Source: Tubiluchus corallicola (lineage: Eukaryota; Animalia; Priapulida). From it: a DNA stretch of 64,000 bases. Location: assembly GCA_030141605.1 (NCBI GenBank), contig JAQGDQ010000013.1:1130447-1194446 (forward strand). Direction: 5' to 3'. The notes under the pieces were generated by a model. That model worked only from the letters and a program-made list of their open reading frames with translations, did no database searches and was not told where the DNA came from. Below, piece by piece: positions 50,292-62,719 of the stretch. Position numbers and translations under genes: made by a program. The stretch's first letter is position 1. The number at the start of each line of letters is the position of its first letter.

Positions 50292-51725
50292 AGTTTTTCA
50301 TAGAATAGCTGTGTTCGGTAGCCGTTAATTAACTTTCTAAGCTAATTATTCAAATATAAGAAACAATTGTTAACTTTTAAAGGCAAGAAAATGTATATTT
50401 TGGAAAGTAAATTAAAAAGAGATTGAGACTAAATAATCGTCCGGTCTTCCTTTAATGCATGCTCCAATACAGTCTTACTGTATTGGGATTTGCTTACTCG
50501 AAGAAATCTTTATTAAAATAATAACACATCACATAAATCATCATTGCAAATTTTGTCAGACTATTTGATTCCCAATAGCTTTCCATACAGGCTTCTTTAA
50601 AAAGCTGTAATTTTTTTGCTGTTGAACTTTTATTTTCCGAAATTGGAATTGTAAAAATACAGGTTCAATGGAACTGGATAGAAACCTTACTTACGCTGCA
50701 AGTAAAAGTTTTTTGTTTCTGAGATCTCAGTAAGCAGCAAAGCTAGAACTCTTCTATGTCTACGTCGGCTTTCGCATATGACAAGCTATCAAAATATTTA
50801 CATTTTTCCACAAATAAAGTGACAAATTGTATATGTCACTAATAAAACATAGGCCTATTACACACTTATATTGTGTATTTCAATTCTAAAACGAAAACAA
50901 TGTGTTGCACTGTAATAGAATCTTTTAAGTTTTTAACCCTGACTAGCGAGGTGATCAGAACGTGTAGTGTGGGTCTGTATAATGTTTGGCTTTTTTGTTA
51001 GCGTGTCGCTTATCACCGCCTAAGGGCGTGAACCCCGAGGGGTTAGTTATAACACGTGATTTCAAGATACATGGTAATTATACTTGTTTTTAAAACTTTT
51101 TGTTTGTTAGAATGTTACCAAATAAGATAGCTTTGGTGCATTCTTACACGTGCATTCTTTTCTAACACGACATATACTTAGAAGATTAACTTGTTTTGCA
51201 GCACAAAAACCCACCGTCTTCTTGAAAGTCTTTCAGAAAGAATAGAATCCATATACTTCTGCAATCTAAAGACAAAACGACATAATTTTATAGCAAATTA
51301 GGCCAGCCATTCTTGTTTAAGGCATAACCTTGAAGTTTTTAGCAGTGTCTATGTATAGATGAAAATGTAGGTCTATGTGACTCAGTGAAAAGACAGCGAA
51401 AATGTTAAAACAATGATAGAATTCTAAATTTTTGTTTCATTCAATGAATAAAAGAGATATTGTTAAGAGACTTCTCTAAGCCATCCATTATTCACCCGTA
51501 GCTTCCGAATCTTACTAATGGTTTTTAAATGGGACTTTACTGCGTACTTTTTATAGGAATTTCTGCACACTTAGTTAAAATGCCATCGAATATCGCTAAG
51601 TAAATCACTGTGTTAAAGACACTTGGGCCTACAAATGGCCAAGCACTCGAGCACAATTAATACTTATATTCTTAACGTGAGCGCATTTCACTTACCTGTT
51701 TCAAACAATTTTTCTCATTTGGCAG

Positions 51726-52157
51726 ATGGTGTCCTTCACAGAGTCTGTCATCGTGATGCTTCTCTTTTTCGAGGCATTCACTCCAGAGTCAAACGCCTGT
51801 AGTGGTTTCAGCGCCGACTTTATTATTGATGGTCACGAGTTTACCATTGGGATCTGTAATGAAAAACACATAGACGACAATCCGGATGACGATCCAGATC
51901 CAAACTATTCGGCGATGTGCAAAGAGTGCGCTGAAAAGAATAAAGTCAAGCCGAAATCCGCGAAATTAAGAAAAGTAAGCAAGGAATTTAGGGCACAGAT
52001 ATATACAGACTGTTGCACAAAGAAACAAAAAACATACTTTGCGTGCATGAAATTCCATCAAAAGGCATCCCTCAAGGGACGCAAAGGAAATGAGTGCCAA
52101 TTGAGGTCCAGCATAGTGCTTTTGTTGACCGCAGCAATACTGTGCTGGTTGTTATAA
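51726..52157 (+). CDS. 143-aa secreted cysteine-rich protein with C-terminal hydrophobic (GPI-signal-like) tail; family unknown
   Basis: Acceptor tttctcatttggcag sits directly before the ATG. N-terminal hydrophobic signal (SVIVMLLFFEAF..ESNA|C); Cys at 25, 44, 65, 68, 96, 97, 107, 124; C-terminal SSIVLLLTAAILCWLL with no cytosolic tail; AATAAA at 52482. Confidence 0.75.
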   Translation: MVSFTESVIVMLLFFEAFTPESNACSGFSADFIIDGHEFTIGICNEKHIDDNPDDDPDPNYSAMCKECAEKNKVKPKSAKLRKVSKEFRAQIYTDCCTKKQKTYFACMKFHQKASLKGRKGNECQLRSSIVLLLTAAILCWLL

Positions 52158-52487
52158 TGTTGTTCAAAAAAAAATTTCAAACCAAAACTGGTTTTGTTTG
52201 AGAACTACTAGCATTAACTGCTTTTTCAATTAAAGGCAAAACACTTTTTCCACTGTTTGATATTAAGTTACGCTTTCTAACACATTTTTCGTTATTTAAA
52301 TATACTTTTAATTTTCAGTAAAGTATTTATGTTATGTCTGACTAAACTCGTCACATTCTTAAGTTTTATAACATTTTTATTATACATTTAACATCGACTG
52401 AAAAAACTGCGATTATATTTTATATTTAATTATATAACAATTAGTTATTAGTTCTTCTAAAACATGTCATTTTGTTTTTCTAATAAA

Positions 52488-53170
52488 GTGATGTGATGTT
52501 CGTCCTTCGAATCGAAGATGACCATAGTGACAGGGATAAAAGGTCAGTTTGGGGGGTTGTCATTCCTTTGATGAGCTCGAAGGTGACTGACTAGGCCAAT
52601 TCTGGCCTGGAAACTTCTTTGGTATTTGGCACAGGTGATCCTGGGTGTTTGGACCTGTTGTTGGGCAGTGTCACATGCCTTGCGTCTCCTGCGCTTCTCC
52701 TCTGCCTCCTCAATTCTTTTTGCCTCTGCTGTCTTAGCCCCTGTAGTGATGGCATTCCGCCATGTTGAGCGATCTTGTGCAAGGGTTTCCACTGAGCGGA
52801 TATCCATGCTGAGCTCCTTGAGTGAGGCCTTCAGGCTGTCTTTGAAGAGTTTCTTTGGTCGTCCAACCTTTCTCTTTCCAGACTCAAGTTCTCCATAGAG
52901 CATCTTCTTTGGTATGCGGTTTTCTGGCATGCGAATCACATGTCCTGCCCACCGAACTTGTGTTTTGAGGAGGAGTGTATGGATGCTGGGGAGATCAGCT
53001 CTTTTAAGTACCTCTGTATCTGGCACCTGGTCCTGCCACTTGATGTGCAGGATTTTCCTCAGACAGCCCATGTGAAAGTGGTTAAGCTGTTTTACGTGTT
53101 TCCTATGTAATGTCCAGGATTCACTGGCATAGAGGAGAGTGGTGATGACGACAGCTCTATACACCTTCAA
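52488..53170 (-). mobile_element. 5'-truncated RTE-clade non-LTR retrotransposon (end of the RT ORF plus 3' UTR and tail)
   Basis: Open frame LKVYRAVVITTLLYASESWT...CLRKILHIKWQD..QVRWAGHVIRMPENRIPKKMLYGEL..GRPK..DRSTWR, then a degenerate C2H2 finger (CAKYQRSFQARIGLVSHLRAH), stop at 52544, a short 3' UTR and an (ATCAC)n tail. Confidence 0.9.
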
Positions 53171-54822
53171 TGCTGTAGCTTGCTGTATTGAAGAAACTAT
53201 GTGATATTGTTTCATTAGCTGGTCTTTAGATAATGTCACACCGGGACTCTGAGCTTGATTCTGCATCAGCATCAGTCAGTCCTATTATAAATGAAAAGTT
53301 CTCCAAGATTTTGTGCAGAGCACTCACCACACGACGTACACCATTTAAATCTTTTTTCTCTCCTTAATTTATTTCCAGGATGCTGTTTGTTAGAATGCTA
53401 AGATTTCCAGCAAGCTGAATAACTGCTTTAGCAAAGGCTTGAAAATTATTAAACCTGTTTCCATCGGCACAAAAGTCGTCTCCCTCAAATCTGCAGTATG
53501 CTCCTGATGACAGTGACATAACTCTGCAAGGAGTTGGTGAGATGCTGATAATATTGTATCGAGTTCATTGGCAGATTCCAGGTATGCCTGCATATTAACA
53601 CTGGTCCTGCTGCACTGAAGTTGGCTGTGACTCTTGTTTACTGACTTCAAGCTGCTAGCTAATGTTTTGTCAACAAAAGCATGGCACCTTGCAGAAATGC
53701 CTGATGCACTGATAGAAACATCTCAATGTCTGTTGGGTCTAAATTTCTTGGATTAATTTCCATCGCACAGGCCACTTCTCCCACAAGACAGCACACTTTT
53801 AAAATTGCATTTTCTGTTGCTTGCAACTCCTCAACTGTACTACATTGCTCATTTTCTACAGCCACTAATAAAGGAATGGTATTATGGCCAAATTTGTTCA
53901 CATTAGCTACTAGACAAAAATGCAGTTCATGGTAGGAATTTTCTGTCTCGGACCTCCAATCATCAATTACATGCTGTAGGGATTGGTAACATGCAGATAA
54001 CTGTATAACATTTTTAATTAACACTTCCATACCCACATTTTTTGAGGAATCATGACAATTAAAATATGTGTGTAGTAAAGATATAGAAGCATAACATCTT
54101 TGACATACTGCTAAAGTTTTATCAGCCAGCGTATCTTCCAGCTGATTGTCTTTTGATAACCGATTCACTGCATCTGAAACTAAGTGTGAACAAGCTGTTG
54201 TAACAGCAGCTAAGCAGTTACTGTTAGCATCGCCAATCAAACTGTTACTCATTCCAGACTTTGACAGAACAATTGAATCATGCAGTTTCAATGAACTTCG
54301 TCTGCTGCTTGACTGCCAGCTACTAGTGGATAAAGACAAAGGAGATTGCAATGTGCTAGAATTTAATCAGCTGTTATGCATGCCAGCTAGAGTGAAAGGG
54401 CTTTCCATGGGAGTAGCATGACCATCCTTATTCCATGAATCTTTTAAATTATAGAATACTTCGCCTCCTGTCTTCTGATCACCACTCTCAAATAAATCCT
54501 GCATTTGTAGTACATGTTGATTGAATTCTGGGAATGACCAAAAAGTGTGAAATCCTAGTTTCTTATTAGAAACTTTAGCCAAAGTCTCTGATGGTTTATC
54601 CTCACAAGTAAATTCCATTTGTTTGTCTAAAGCACTACTTACAACATTTGCTTGCTTTAGTTTAACTCCTAAACTATACATCAGTGGTGGTGTTAAGTTA
54701 CTTCTTCGTTGACAGACTCGCTTCTGGCAAACTTTTCACTTCTGTCTCTAGTTCTTCAACAATATTCCATATTGCATGTTCAGCCTTGCCAGCACTCTCA
54801 TCAATCAACTCCCATTCTAACT
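53171..54822 (-). pseudogene. Decayed intronless coding segment, predicted alpha-helical bundle protein (family uncertain)
   Basis: ORFs 54367-54681 and 53659-54351 share one frame and are separated by a single TGA. Further protein-like frames follow after frameshifts (LEWELIDESAGKAEHAIWNIVEEL...; FQAFAKAVIQLAGNLSILTNSILEIN*GEKKDLNGVRRVVSALHKILENF). There is an acceptor-like tract upstream (ttttcaattttctggtaaag). Confidence 0.6.
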
Positions 54823-55853
54823 TTACCAGAAAATTGAAAAACACGCTCAAGTTTAGAACTTCACGCTAACGTTCAGTTCAGCGAAAACAGGTAATCTAAC
54901 ATAATTAATAAAGTAAGTCTAACATAATAATAATTTTCTTGATTTTTTCGAAGCACGTGTATTTAATTACTGACAAAGTTATGGAAAAGATTACCTGAAT
55001 TTCTGAAAGAATGAGACACATGATGATAATAATGATCATTCTTTTATTTTACTGAGTAGGTGTAAGTCGAACTTTCTTTTGAAATGCGGGCCAGTGATTT
55101 CCCATGGCAACATGTTAGGAACGAGACTTGCACTTGTTATTCACTTATGTGCTTTTTTGTTTCTTTAAAAATTCGCACATGCAAAAGACTAGAGCGAAGA
55201 AACCCGCAGAGCATAGATAGAGAGATGTACGTTTATATGTGTCTTCCTCGGGTCAAAGGTCACATGGTGAACAGGGCTTCTTTTTTTCTTTACCTAGATC
55301 TCTTCACAGAGTAATTTTGAGGGTAGGCGGATACCCGAGAAGGCCGGTATGGGTGCCAAAATGGTCGTCTTTTCGCCTGTCCTTTCTTTGCAAAACTTAA
55401 ACGAACACCACATACAAAAAAACTTCGTGAAACACTTTCTGGAGTATCAGAGGGAGTGTTTAGTCCTTTTTTTAAATTAGTTTCACCAGGACAAACAACT
55501 GTGAATTACTTCCAGGCTCCATTTTGAAAAATCATCGTTTGTCAAACTGTGTAACGCTATCTATAACCTTTGCTTATTAATGTATGCAGCCCTGTAAGGT
55601 GAATCGGTATGTACATATTTGTCAGTCTATTACCACGGCAAAAAATAACCGTGGAAAAGGTAGATAAACACTATGTGGAACATTTTCCTCATGCACAATT
55701 ACGACATTGCCAATCTGCACATTTGGCGTCATCTCGTTCTATTTCTTCTGATGTTGTAAATCCGAAATACAGTATACTGGTGTCGCAATGAAAACAATGC
55801 AACGTTTTCAAGACAACCGTCACATCGAGTGTCGAAGACAATAATCTTTTCGT

Positions 55854-56033
55854 AAAGGTCAATTTTGACGTGTTTAGTAAAATATGATAAACAAAATCTT
55901 GTTAAGTTGCAAAACGTGAAAAATCGTTTTAAAAACCGCTGCATACACACGCAAGAAGCTAGACTAATGCAATTATGCAATTATTGATTGTTAAGCTCAT
56001 TCTAAACACCTCGTAATGTTGAAAGTATTGAGT
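55854..56033 (+). repeat. Dispersed direct repeat, copy 2
   Basis: Matches 49602-49773 in the same orientation. Confidence 0.9.
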
Positions 56034-57629
56034 GCTTATGCGCACATAAATAAATTAAATTAAACTTCTCTGAATAACCATTGTAGTCTGAAGGGAAGTG
56101 AACACCTGAACGCAAAATGGGTTTGTTTTTATCTATGCTACAGAGTGGAGTTGCTTTTTCTCGCTCCTGCAAAGTGATGTTTTACCTATGTCTGCAAAGT
56201 GGAGTTGTATTCATTGATGTTATTCAAAGAGGGATTGTTTTTACTTAAGGCTACGCAATTGTTTTTAAGATTTAAGGTTTATTGGCATTCAAAAACATAA
56301 CGTGCATGCGTAGCCAAACAAAAATACAAATTAATGCATTAAAATAACAACTACAACATGTTAGAAAAGTTAAAATCTGTTCTGGTGACATAATAATTTA
56401 AGCCTGATTATAAGCAATTATTATTGTTGATAGATAATAGATAATAGCGAATACTCTAAAAGTACTAGATGATTATAAATATACTATTTTGTGTAAAAAG
56501 ATACGTATTATGCGTACTTTAATTTATATTTTTATTGTCTTCAAATACAAATTTAGAAACAAAAGCTACAATTTTGGTATCGTTAGTTCCTAAAAGCAAT
56601 GTCAATTTGTAGGTGGTTATGTTTTCTGCATCGTAGCAACAAATGTGCTTCATCTAGATTTCAATGTTGACAAATTCGTTGTTGAAGTCGTATCTTAACG
56701 TGATTTGCCGTATGTACCTGTTTATATACTTCGTGTGTGCGTGAACTGATGCGTATTTAAGTGAATACAAAATTGTGCTGTGGTAGCACTGAATTCAGCA
56801 ACAAATAATTCTCGAGTGTATACGCATTTTTATACTTGCAGTATGTTCTTAGTTTAGTACCTTCGCCGTTATTGTTAGTATTTTTCTTTTCCATTTATAA
56901 GCATAGTCGTTTTGAAGCTTGCTTTAATCGCTAATCCCAGACTTCGCTTATTTGCAGTTGCCCGATTGTTCCAAATATGCGCAAAACGCGTACTGTTTAC
57001 GAAAGTGTTCAGCTGTATATTCCTAAATTAGATTAGCTAAGAGAGTCTGCGTAGGCGGCCTGTACAAGGGTTGTTATACCTGAATTAGTAACACCGGTAA
57101 CCAGTGTCCTATTATTCTAATAGAAGATCAGTACCATATGCCTGAGCTTACTTCTTGTTGCATTTTTTATTAATTTTTAATTTACATGTAAAATAGATCG
57201 TCAGAATTTTAAATTTAGGGCTTTATTTGTAAAATCATCGTCGGGGTTAGATAAGTTTTTAGTAGCCAAAAGTTAGCGCAGAATGGACCCCTTATTTCGT
57301 AATCATAGAAGCAATCACTTTAATTAAGTTATTGAATAGTTCAATGCAGCAATCGGTGAGAAATCGAATTAACTAACTCGGAGTTCAATATGTTTAAATA
57401 TTTAGTGTCCTTGTCTTTTAATTCTATTGTAGATTGCCTAAATGATCCAAATTTATTCCAAGATTTATATTATTTTACAACAGTTATAAGTTTTGCCTGA
57501 AATATGTAATTTGTTTAGTGAGCATTCTGTTTGGCTTATTGAAAACAATTAATTTAGTTTCATCAACGCACTAACTTTTTTAAAAGTTCTATTTGTTGAA
57601 GTATGTAGAAATATACAAGTATGTATGTA

Positions 57630-57751
57630 AGTTGAATGTGTAAGAAATTTTGCAAACCTACTTGTGATCTGCGTAGGAGGACAATGTCGGCTGCATACAA
57701 TAGGCGTACACCACTGTTAAAATATAAGAGTGGTAGAAGTTTATCAAGCAA
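57630..57751 (-). mobile_element. Decayed LINE reverse-transcriptase fragment
   Basis: VRLLYAADIVLLRRSQVGLQNFL is a degenerate LLYADD.VL....GLQ..L catalytic motif. Confidence 0.65.
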
Positions 57752-60038
57752 GCTTATCGTAACCTCATATTTCGTATCTAATTATCTATGCAGCTCGTTC
57801 TTGAAATTGTTCTCTGTAGAAGCTTTAGCAACTTCAAATGCGAGTAAAAGCCACTCTCTAACATGGACGAGGGCAGAAACTAAGCCAGCTATGGATAACG
57901 ATGGCGCAACGAAATTTGCAAATTTCTCAGAAACTGAAATTTTTTTCATGACTTTCCCGGTCTTTGCAAATTTCTCGTAAACTTAGTTCGTAAACACACC
58001 TCGTAAAGTACTGTGTAATGACTATCCATAGCGGCTCGGTTTTTTCTGAGCCTAAACCGTTGCTGTTTCATATGGCCTCAAACGTGCCAGCGTCATCAAA
58101 ACAAAAATATAGGCATATACCAAAAATCGACATTGTTTCCTTTAAACGAAGCTGTAAGACGTACAGGGGTGTGCTATACATCATTCGATTGGCCATAAAA
58201 CGTAGTATCAGATACACTGCACCAAAATTGCGAGTGTTTCGTTTAGCCAGAAAATAGTGATAAGTAGATAGCGCAGTAAGTAATTAAATAGTAATACACT
58301 TCGCCACCGCATCTTTCCCTATTTTGTCATTTTGCCACTGATAATAGAAATACTACAAACTGAAAGTCATGCGAGTATCCTCAAACTACTCTCTCGAAAC
58401 AGGCAAACCCAAAATAAACTTTAGCAAATTGCTTTTTTAAGGCTAGCCCTAAAACAACGTACCAAATGATACACAAGTGCGTGATAACCGTTAAACAGTA
58501 ACAACTTTGTAATGTGTTCTAATGTGCACTATAGTTAGAACGGTGTTAGCCAAAATGGGGACTTTGAGATGCTATTGACTTCTCAACCTAGGGGCACAAG
58601 GGCAGTTCTATTATCAGTATTAGCCACGTGATTTAAAATGGTTTTCTTCGGCTTTCCAAAGTGAAAATGTTTATTTTTGTCACAAGTTTTAAGTAGGGTA
58701 ACAACATGGACGCACTAAAATGGTACGAAACCGTTTCCAGGTGACAGCTGCATAGCACATTGTTGGACAGAGAATTGATAGAACTACCGCCATGTGGCTC
58801 CATGCTGCCAGGTGGCGCTTTTGTCCTGAGTTTAATTCTGGTAAAGTCCAGAAAAATTGCGATCTAGAGGTCCTAATAACCTCTCGACCTATTAAGAAAA
58901 GGACGTCTCTATCTCGAATGTCAGCCATGTGCATCCGACTGGCTTTCTTCAAAAGACATGGCTTCACAATATTCTAGGTTAGCAGCGACTCATTCTTTCT
59001 TTGTAGATCCAGACTTCTTGTTTGGGAAAGAGAAATGACTTCTTGACTAGGGAATTGCCAATCCAAAGCATGTAGAGGTCATTACGGGCCTTGATTTCTG
59101 ACAGAGGTGCGCCTCGGCCTAGCATGAGTGCTGTTACTTCGTTAGTTTTGTCTATTTTGTTTTCCCTTTTTTTCGTTTTAAGTGCTAATAATAAAATGTT
59201 GTTTTAGTGTTCTATATTGTGTGTGCTAGATGGCACGCTGCGAGATGTGCATGCAATTATTTCATAAACAATTCATTGTTAATTAAGATAACATTTGTAG
59301 TTAAAAGAATTTCATTAGTTAAATAATTAGTTACATTATCCAAAGAAAAACTATACAAGATGAATCGTCACAATATTGTAATGATTAAAACACGTTTATA
59401 TCTACTTGTGATTAACTTCAAAAATCATATGGCTGGGCCACAAACTACTGCACCCTGTATTTATAATAAACAAGTAACAATATGTTAACTATGTATTAAC
59501 AGATTACCTGACACAGACATTATGCACAGTCAAAATCAGAAGGAGAAATATTACTCAAGGCTCTGGAAGGCTTTTCGAAAAATACTCAATCCTAAAGGAC
59601 CGTTTCGCTTGATGTGGCGCTGCGTTTTCATGTTTTTCTCTCAGATGCTGATTGACGCTTTTATCATCTTCCTTTATCTTATCAAAACTCGTTTATTATT
59701 AACCTAAAATATTAATTTAAATAATATATGACGATAATTTATAACAAATTTCATAAGTTTAGTAATATAAAATTAATTAAGAAAAGATGTTTAAAATTAG
59801 TTTTTGTAATTTTAACGAAATTAATGCATGTAATAAATTTATTCATTATCATAATAATTATTACGTATAAATTTCCCGAGTTAACAATATCATTAGCAGC
59901 TATCCAGAAATAGGAAACGCTGGCGCCAACTTTGTTAAATAAGGAATCTGAAAAGTGTTCTCATTGAGATGTATGTAAGCGTTATGCACTTAGAGCTCAG
60001 AACCGCACCGTTACAGCTGAGCTCCAGTCGGTTTATTT

Positions 60039-60430
60039 CAGGGGTGTGCAAACTGCGGCCCGCGAGGAGGTTTGTCAACCTAATGAAAGTGCGGCCCACG
60101 CGATCCAGCTGAAGTCTGCGCCAATATCGCAAAGATAGTGCGGGTAGTTTTTTCCTCTAGATCGGATGGCATTAACCCTTGCAAGACCGTTGTCACTTAA
60201 CGTCACGTCGGACATGACGAAATATATTTGTTTTTAATATAATTTTAATAACTTCTATAATAGTTTCTTGAGTGTAGTAGTGCAGTAGTGATGATGTGCG
60301 CAAATCGGATGCAAAAAAATCGTTATTAGGTCCTACTGTACTTGGCTCCTTGACCAAACTGCATGTGGCCTGCAGGAATTGCGGGAAAGTTTAATGTGGC
60401 CCCGCTAGTCAGATAATTTGCACACCCCTG
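60039..60430. mobile_element. hAT MITE (Charlie-like) with a perfect 8-bp TSD
   Basis: TIRs caggggtgtgcaaa / tttgcacacccctg; TSD gtttattt at 60031-60038 and 60431-60438; subterminal gcggccc motifs. Confidence 0.92.
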
Positions 60431-61252
60431 GTTTATTTCTACAGTCGACCTAGCTGATAATTATAATAAACCAACTTTAGTTGCGCCAGTCCTTAATCAT
60501 AGGAGTCGACTTTTGGCTGCAAAGATTTTCGCTCTTGCGATAATCACGTGACACTGCAAATTGCTGGTTGAAATATGGCACGCTCATTGCGATCAAATTT
60601 TGCGTATGCAGGTAGAGATACTAAACTTCGGGATTCTTTGAACGAGAAAGCTGACATTTTGAGACAACTACCTCAAGATCATTACTGTTACATTTCCAGG
60701 TATTAAAGTACAGAACATAAAGTGTTTATGGTAGTAATTTGATAATGGTAAAATGGTAATTTATTATGTTGAATCCAGTTATCTGAAAAGGATGAAGTAG
60801 CATGGTTAGTCCAAGTGCTAAGCAGGTTTTCTGTTTGACAGTCATTCCCGTCTGGCTTACAAAAACTAAACTAACACAACATGAAGTTTCTGCTTTTCAC
60901 AGCTTAAACAATGGCATGGGTAAATTAGCCAATAGGTCTACGTATAGAAACTAAAGCAAAGGCATTTATAATATTTTCTGGTGTTATATTAGGAGCTGCA
61001 GTAATGTAATTGCAGTTTGAGTTTCAACGAGTTTGCTGTTCGTGTGATTTTACTTAAAACAGCAATATATTAGTATTACGTTGTTCCTGTTCTGACCAAA
61101 TCTGTTCTGCTCTATTTCATAAACAATCTACTATGTAATAAATTTTGATATCCAACATCAGTAAAGAAGCACATAGTTGAATTTGACTATATGTAAAAAC
61201 GTTTAACTTAGCTTTAAGTCAAAATCACATTTTTGCTCCATATAACATGAAG

Positions 61253-61253
<1 letters not shown>

Positions 61254-61300
<47 letters not shown>

Positions 61301-61303
61301 TAT
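61254..61303. repeat. (TA)n microsatellite
   Basis: Direct observation. Confidence 0.95.
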
Positions 61304-61987
61304 CATTAATGATAGGTTAGATTTTCTGTTTTCTTTTCCTCTATGATTATTGTTTTCGTATATAACCTTAGTTTTGTTATGTTTTTTGTTTTGTTCCGAA
61401 TTTTAAATCACTCATAATATATTTCCTGGCGAAGACTGCTAGTACACAGCAGACACGATGGATTTTTCCAATATGAATTTATTATATGGTAAGTTTTTTT
61501 ATAAAATGGATATTGTTCTTGTTATAAAAAATTTAAAGGCTGTTTTTGTTCTGTTCTTGTCAGACAGTTAAGAAGTTTTTATAAAACATTTGCTGTTGCT
61601 TATATAGTGTGTTTATGGGCCATTCCTGTTGTACTGTTACCTCACTAGTCATTTGCTGTTACCTTGTCATTTCTGTTGTTGCCCAAAATTTCTTCATAGT
61701 TCTGAAACACAATGTTTTTCTGAGCAATCAAGTGTCACATTTAATTCATTTTTATTACTATTACACTCCTACAAAGTGATTTGTTTTCTGTTACAGCAAT
61801 GCCAAATTCTCTATAGATTCGACAATGATAGTGTTAATAATGAGCCGAAAGAGAAAAAAAATCAAACTTACCTGAAGTCTTAAGGAAGCAGTGTCAATCT
61901 GGAGAGGTAAGTCTCAGCAATGAACTTGCATGTCATACAAGTAATATCTCATATGTTCTTCAGTTTTATTATTAATATGTGCATAGT

Positions 61988-62163
61988 TTAGCAATACTTA
62001 AAAAATTGGCGGCATGTATATTCTGCGTTCCAGCAACAAGCTGTGAGGTAGAAAGACTTTCAGTAAAGCAGGCCTGATAGTGAACGCAAAGAGAAATGGA
62101 TTAAATCCACTAAGAGTCAACAAAATCTTGTTCCTACACTACAACTACAGACTGCTAAACTAA
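61988..62163 (+). mobile_element. hAT transposase C-terminal dimerisation-domain remnant (frameshifted)
   Basis: LKKLAACIFCVPATSCEVER-(1-nt deletion)-FSKAGLIVNAKRNGLNPLRVNKILFLHYN matches the PA.S...ER.FS.AG.....R..L.....L.FL..N pattern. Confidence 0.85.
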
Positions 62164-62719
62164 ACCTGCAGTTGTTGATTAGTAGTGGAAGTATTCCATT
62201 TCTCTTGGTGTTGGACTTCTATTTGATTTAGCCACTTGCGCAACTTGCTTGCTTATATTGAACTCAGGATATCTTGAAGACATATTTGCAAGAAATCCAT
62301 TGCTTTATTATATTAAACGAAAAAATGATATCTATTCCATTATTTGAATTTTGTGCGTCCACTTTTCTCTGTGTATAAACGCAAATTGTTTAAAAATATT
62401 TCCTCAATAATTAACAGTTAACTAACAATTTATCATTTATTTAGTTAATAAAAATTTGCAGTTTATCTGTTACTTTTTTCTTTAAGCCAACTGAGGTGAA
62501 CGGACAATCAGCTTCAGTCAAACTAGCTGATTTACTGTGTGAGTCAGCTAAAGTAGTAGCAGCTGACTCAGCCTCAGCCTCTAACAATAATGTATGTTTA
62601 ATACATTGCCTAATAATATGCTAGGGGCCATGACGCGTCATGAGCCGCGTGATGTTACATCATGATGTAAGAATGCCGTTACTATGTCACTTTATTCATC
62701 GTCAAGAGGGCTGCAACAA

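Noticed and set aside
53171-53272. N-terminal part of the 242-aa ORF as LINE protein
   Set aside because: RTE similarity starts at LKVY (53170); the upstream residues are an off-frame read of the adjacent pseudogene.
61458-61906. Two exon-like segments with gtaagt donors
   Set aside because: Joining them gives an immediate stop, and they lie within a decayed transposon region.
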